Virus record (IMG/VR): IMGVR_UViG_3300045988_094729
Length of the DNA stretch: 34,669 nucleotides
Direction: 5' to 3' (one strand)
DNA from: a virus
Numbering within the stretch: position 1 is the first letter of the stretch; every line of letters starts with the position of its first letter. A model generated the notes under the pieces. That model ran no database searches, had not been told where the DNA came from, and saw only the letters and a list, made by a program, of their open reading frames with translations. The position numbers and the translations under genes were made by a program. Shown one piece after another: positions 31,429-34,669 of this stretch.

Positions 31429-31890
31429 CTATTTCTGCCAGATCACAACCATGCTTGGGAACGGCGCTGGCATTGGCCGCCCATCGCGATCATGTATGGG
31501 CTTGCCCTTAATCTCGAATTTGAGCCGCCCACGGATGAAGCGAATTTCGGCTTTGCCGAGTATGTACTCGTGAAAGCTGGATCTGTCTGTCCGGGCGGGT
31601 ATCAGCAGCACAACCGTTGTGTTGGGTTTCTGTGCCTCGCGGTAGCATTTCTCCGTCCATTGTCCTGTTTCCCTGTTACCATAGGGCGGATTGCAAAACA
31701 CTGTTTCGCCCTGCCAATTTTGCAGTAAACCGTTATCCTTTTTTGTGAAATACTTCTCGCATTTGTGGTTGGCGTCGCTGGCCGCCGCGTCCAGTGTGAA
31801 ATTAGACTCGGCGTTTAGCTCATCAAACAGGCTTTGCGGCGTTTCCCAGTAGTCCTTGTCGCTCGAAAACATAGTGGTGAGATTAGTCAT
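31429..31890 (-). CDS. phage N6-adenine DNA methyltransferase (Dam-type, NPPY)
   Basis: DYWETPQSLFDELN...FTLDAAAS...ETVFCNPPYG. RBS CAGGAGGCAAGGAAA-ATG. Confidence 0.85.
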   Translation of the reverse strand: MTNLTTMFSSDKDYWETPQSLFDELNAESNFTLDAAASDANHKCEKYFTKKDNGLLQNWQGETVFCNPPYGNRETGQWTEKCYREAQKPNTTVVLLIPARTDRSSFHEYILGKAEIRFIRGRLKFEIKGKPIHDRDGRPMPAPFPSMVVIWQK

Positions 31891-32166
31891 TTTCCTTGCC
31901 TCCTGTTTCTGCCGCCTCCATGCGCTCATTGAGCCGCTCAATCTTCTTGGTAATCCACTCTGCCATCTGCCCGCCTACGTTGAATATGCAACAGAGCTGC
32001 CACAGCATTATCTGTACGTCAGCCATTTCCTCTGCAAGATGGTCAGAGTTCGGCTTGCCACGCAAAGCTTTGGTCAGTTTTTTTGTAGCTCTGCACATTC
32101 CTCGATGGCGACTATGGTCTGGATGGGTTCGCCGTATTTCTCGATGGCTCTGCGCAGAATTTTCAT
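31883..32166 (-). CDS. MazG-like NTP pyrophosphohydrolase (copy 1), interrupted by a -1 frame change at CAA AAA AAC (A7 = 32084..32078)
   Basis: The 5' frame reads MKILRRAIEKYGEPIQTIVAIEECAELQKN* and the 3' frame reads ...KKLTKALRGKPNSDHLAEEMADVQIMLWQL.... Joined, they give a typical EE..EL...EE.AD MazG core. An alternative GTG start at 32184 overlaps the upstream TGA. Confidence 0.65.
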
Positions 32167-32180
32167 TGTGTTTTTACTGT

Positions 32181-32625
32181 TCACAGTTCAGTGTCTCCTT
32201 TCAAATACTCCTCAATCACCGCCGCCGCGCAGGGCCAGCCGTAGCAGACCGCGCAATAGTAGCCCTCGGCTATAGCGCCGCTCATAAACTCGTTTTGGTT
32301 TGGGGTCGGATTATTAGCGCCAGTTTTGAGCTCGACGTATATGCCATGGTAGCCGCCCCGGGCGGCAGGGATAAATACATCGGGTACGCCGGAATGTACC
32401 CCCTGCCATATCAGCCGCACAGCGGTGCGCTTATCGCGTAAGCCGCCGTTGGGTATGTGGTGGTAGAGCCGCAGTGCACGGATACTGCGTCCGCATCATC
32501 CGTGCCCAGTTGGTCAGGGCGGTCTGGTGCTCGTCCTCTTTGCCTATTACCGGCTGGGCAGGTCGCCATACGGGTATACCGGCCCGGTTGGGGGTCATGG
32601 TGTAATCTTTCAGCAATTGTTTTTT
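32181..32625 (-). pseudogene. VRR-NUC nuclease with a +1 frame break near 32478
   Basis: The 5' frame reads ...EDEHQTALTNWARMMRTQYP. The 3' frame reads ALRLYHHIPNGGLRDKRTAVRLIWQGVHSGVPDVFIPAARGGYHGIYVELK. Skipping one nt in TAT CCG t GCA CTG restores a canonical VRR-NUC. TTG start at 32625 follows AAAGGAGGT. Confidence 0.7.
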
Positions 32626-32699
32626 ACCTCCTTTTTGATATCGTCGTAAAATCCGACGCATTTACAAGGCCCCGGTAAAAGCCTTGCGCTTTGCGCCGC

Positions 32700-33425
32700 T
32701 TAACACCGCCGCTTGGGCGGGATTTTGACATACTTGAAATAGGCAAAGCCGAACTCTGTCGCGCCGCTCTCGACGAGGATATAGTCTTTCGGAGAGCGCG
32801 GCGGCTTGGCCGGCGTGTAGTTGCGTTTTATGGGTTTTGTCTGCTCCCTGCCGCAGGGGGCAAGGTTACGGGTCGCCATGTAGTGGTGCCCGCCCTGCTC
32901 CGGCGTCCAGTGATTAAACAAGTAATTGGCTAATCCCGTATAATCGGGGCCGTGGTCTATGCCGTCATAGTGGACGTGGGCCCGGAGGTGCTCGCAGCGA
33001 TTGACGCTGCCCAGCGTCCATTGTTTGCGTATGGCCTCCTCCGGTATGCCGTCCGTCAGCATGTGGGCGTGTATGCGGTGGGTGTTTTTGCCTCGGCCCA
33101 TGTAGATAACGATTTTTGCCTCCGGGTAGGCGTAGAGCAGCCGGCGCCGGAAGTTGACGCAGAGGCGGCGGAAGTCCTTAAAATCGTGTACCTCGTGCTC
33201 GTCGTCCTGGGTCAATGTGCTGTATATCGAGGCCGGGGTAAAGTTTTCGTTGACCAGCCGGGTATGGGCCCGGCGGGCTACCTCAGAGTTAAACCGCGCC
33301 CTTTCCTCGTCCGTTTTAAATCTCGGCTTCCGCGGGCGGTAGGGTTTTTGCGTCCTGTCGCCCACGGAGTATATGATCCGCTCCAGCACCACGCCGGAAT
33401 ATATATCACGCCGTACCCGCTGCAT
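32700..33425 (-). CDS. HUH-type rolling-circle replication initiator (Rep)
   Basis: STLTQDDE (motif 1-like), THRIHAHML (HUH), DYTGLANYLFNH (Tyr motif). RBS AAAAGGAGGCCGCC-ATG. Confidence 0.6.
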   Translation of the reverse strand: MQRVRRDIYSGVVLERIIYSVGDRTQKPYRPRKPRFKTDEERARFNSEVARRAHTRLVNENFTPASIYSTLTQDDEHEVHDFKDFRRLCVNFRRRLLYAYPEAKIVIYMGRGKNTHRIHAHMLTDGIPEEAIRKQWTLGSVNRCEHLRAHVHYDGIDHGPDYTGLANYLFNHWTPEQGGHHYMATRNLAPCGREQTKPIKRNYTPAKPPRSPKDYILVESGATEFGFAYFKYVKIPPKRRC

Positions 33426-33591
33426 GGCGGCCTCCTTTTTTAATAATCATGTCTTGGCCCTTTGCCGGGGGCGGTGGTTTGCGGTGCGGGCGTTTCCCCG
33501 TTGGCCGCACCTGCCGCCACCCTATCAATGGAGGACCGGGTGATTGCCGCACCCGGCAAAAGGTCAAGTCCTGCCCGTGTTATCGGGCAGG
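33426..33591. promoter_or_regulatory. hairpin-rich region upstream of rep; candidate replication origin
   Basis: Stems at 33484..33510 (gtgcgg/ccgcac), 33536..33556 (ccgggtg/cacccgg) and 33570..33591 (cctgcccg/cgggcagg). TTGATA on the minus strand at 33529..33524. Confidence 0.3.
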
Positions 33592-33861
33592 CTTTAATGC
33601 GTGTATGTCCTCTTTTTCTTTTGCACGGCGCGGTATAAATATCTGCTCCATTACACCGTGGCTGCCATCGTCCATGAGCCTGTCCGCCTCAAGGATCCGC
33701 AGCTCCCGCCCGTCAATGCACAGGCGGCATGAGCCCTTGTACTGGGCATATGTCCGTCTGGCTTTCGCAAAGTCGTTGGTCTTAATAACGGTCTGCGTCC
33801 CGGTGGGCGTGCGGATCAGGACTGTATAGGTGGGTAGCGCTTCTTTTTTCTTTTTCGGCAT
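33580..33861 (-). CDS. hypothetical protein
   Basis: 93-aa ORF starting 2 nt after the upstream stop. Confidence 0.55.
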   Translation of the reverse strand: MPKKKKEALPTYTVLIRTPTGTQTVIKTNDFAKARRTYAQYKGSCRLCIDGRELRILEADRLMDDGSHGVMEQIFIPRRAKEKEDIHALKPAR

Positions 33862-33863
33862 TT

Positions 33864-34382
33864 TCAGTCCTCCCCCAAATCCCCGATTAGATCAACGCCT
33901 ATTTTCGCCAGCTCGTCGGCGGAGTATTGGTGCTGAATGTGGTTCATAAAATAACTCCCAGCGATTTTTTTGACGTTGGTTTTCGCCGCCGCAAGGTAGC
34001 CCTCAAATTTCTCGCTGTTAAATAGGGTGCAGGGGCGCATATACTCCTGCATGCTTGTCCCCTTCCACGTTGCCCAGCGGCTGTCTATTACCCGGCGGCA
34101 GTCCTCCGGCGTATGGTCCTCCGCAATGCGGGCGTTGATATAGCTGCGGTTTTTCGGCGTTTTTTGATATTTCGTCCCGGCAACAGTGTTGAGGTAGTCT
34201 ATTACCGCGTCGGCGGCGGTCGTGTCAGTGATCGCATTGCGGGCGGTAACCTCTCCGGTCTCCCGGTTTATCGTTACTATCAGGGCGGGCCTGCCGTTGA
34301 TGCTGACAGCGGCCCGGCCTTTTGTGTCCATGTGCTCCCCTATGGCGCGGATTAGGGCGCTGTATATCTCCTTTTCCCCCAT
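33864..34382 (-). CDS. DnaD-like replisome organiser (phage conserved C-terminal domain)
   Basis: AVIDYLNTVAGTKYQKTPKNRSYINARIAEDHTPEDCRRVIDSRWATWKGTSMQEYMRPCTLFNSEKFEGYL matches the phage replisome-organiser C-terminal pattern. ATG at 34382 follows AAGGGAG. The track start at 34409 is a GTG inside the upstream gene. Confidence 0.75.
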   Translation of the reverse strand: MGEKEIYSALIRAIGEHMDTKGRAAVSINGRPALIVTINRETGEVTARNAITDTTAADAVIDYLNTVAGTKYQKTPKNRSYINARIAEDHTPEDCRRVIDSRWATWKGTSMQEYMRPCTLFNSEKFEGYLAAAKTNVKKIAGSYFMNHIQHQYSADELAKIGVDLIGDLGED

Positions 34383-34384
34383 AG

Positions 34385-34669
34385 TTAAATAACTCCCTTC
34401 ATAAAACACGCCCAGAACGTTTGTGATTTTTTCCCGCTATGGTGCCCAAACAGCGGCTTCTGGCCAATAGCTGCCCACACCTTATCCGCCGGAATATCGC
34501 GTTCGCTCCATTTAAAAATAAGGGTTCCGTCGGGTTTCAGAACCCTCATGCACTCTGCAAAGCCGTCATGCAGCATTTGTGGCCAGTTGTCGTCAAGCTT
34601 CCCGTATTTTTTAACCAGCCACGATGTTTCTTTTGCCCCTGTGAGGTGTGGCGGGTCGAAAACAACAAG
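34385..34669 (-). CDS. DNA methyltransferase, C-terminal part (continuation of 265..1 across the circular junction)
   Basis: ...VVFDPPHLTGAKETSWLVKKYGKLDDNWPQMLHDGFAECMRVLKPDGTLIFKW... runs in frame across the 55-nt repeat. Confidence 0.75.
   Translation of the reverse strand, partial: LVVFDPPHLTGAKETSWLVKKYGKLDDNWPQMLHDGFAECMRVLKPDGTLIFKWSERDIPADKVWAAIGQKPLFGHHSGKKSQTFWACFMKGVI
34615..34669. repeat. second copy of the 55-nt terminal repeat
   Basis: Identical to 1..55. Confidence 0.95.

Overview
The window is a complete, circularly permuted temperate siphovirus (prophage-type) genome of about 34.6 kb. The first 55 nt recur exactly at the end (1..55 = 34615..34669), so the contig closes on itself, and one methyltransferase gene spans the junction.

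Almost all genes are on the minus strand. In transcription order they are:
- Cro-like switch gene (3744) and early genes: HTH proteins, an HNH, and a free-standing copy of a tail-protein domain.
- Across the wrap: DPPH methyltransferase, DnaD-like replisome organiser, HUH rolling-circle Rep, VRR-NUC (frame broken), MazG-like (frame broken), Dam-type MTase.
- A translationally coupled radical-SAM / Cys-rich block and a second MazG.
- A 318-nt non-coding gap, then the late activator, HNH, terS, terL, portal, ClpP-like protease, HK97-type capsid, connectors and major tail.
- Tail chaperone with a canonical -1 frameshift, tape measure, Dit, Tal, collagen-like fibre and fibre-tip genes.
- A sortase-type surface protein, endolysin and holin, then a terminator-insulated six-gene accessory cassette abutting attP.

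The plus strand carries essentially only the lysogeny module: CI-like repressor, membrane-tethered XRE protein, Zn-ribbon/TM2/SHOCT membrane protein and tyrosine integrase. The one other plus-strand call is the low-confidence ORF 3085..3363. The host is evidently a Gram-positive Firmicute of moderately high GC, judged from the PKTG sorting signal, the NlpC/P60 + PG-binding lysin and the Dp-1-type holin.

Best leads for something undescribed:
1. The accessory cassette 7143..9459, which encodes Gly/Cys-rich proteins and has its own regulator.
2. The distal tail region, where an A7 heptamer (fibre -1 extension) and a G12 tract inside a 22-codon leader ORF coupled by ATGA to a fibre-tip paralogue look like translational or phase switches.
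3. The low-GC radical-SAM operon.
4. The membrane-protein pair between repressor and integrase.

All functional names come from motif recognition by eye. No database search was run.
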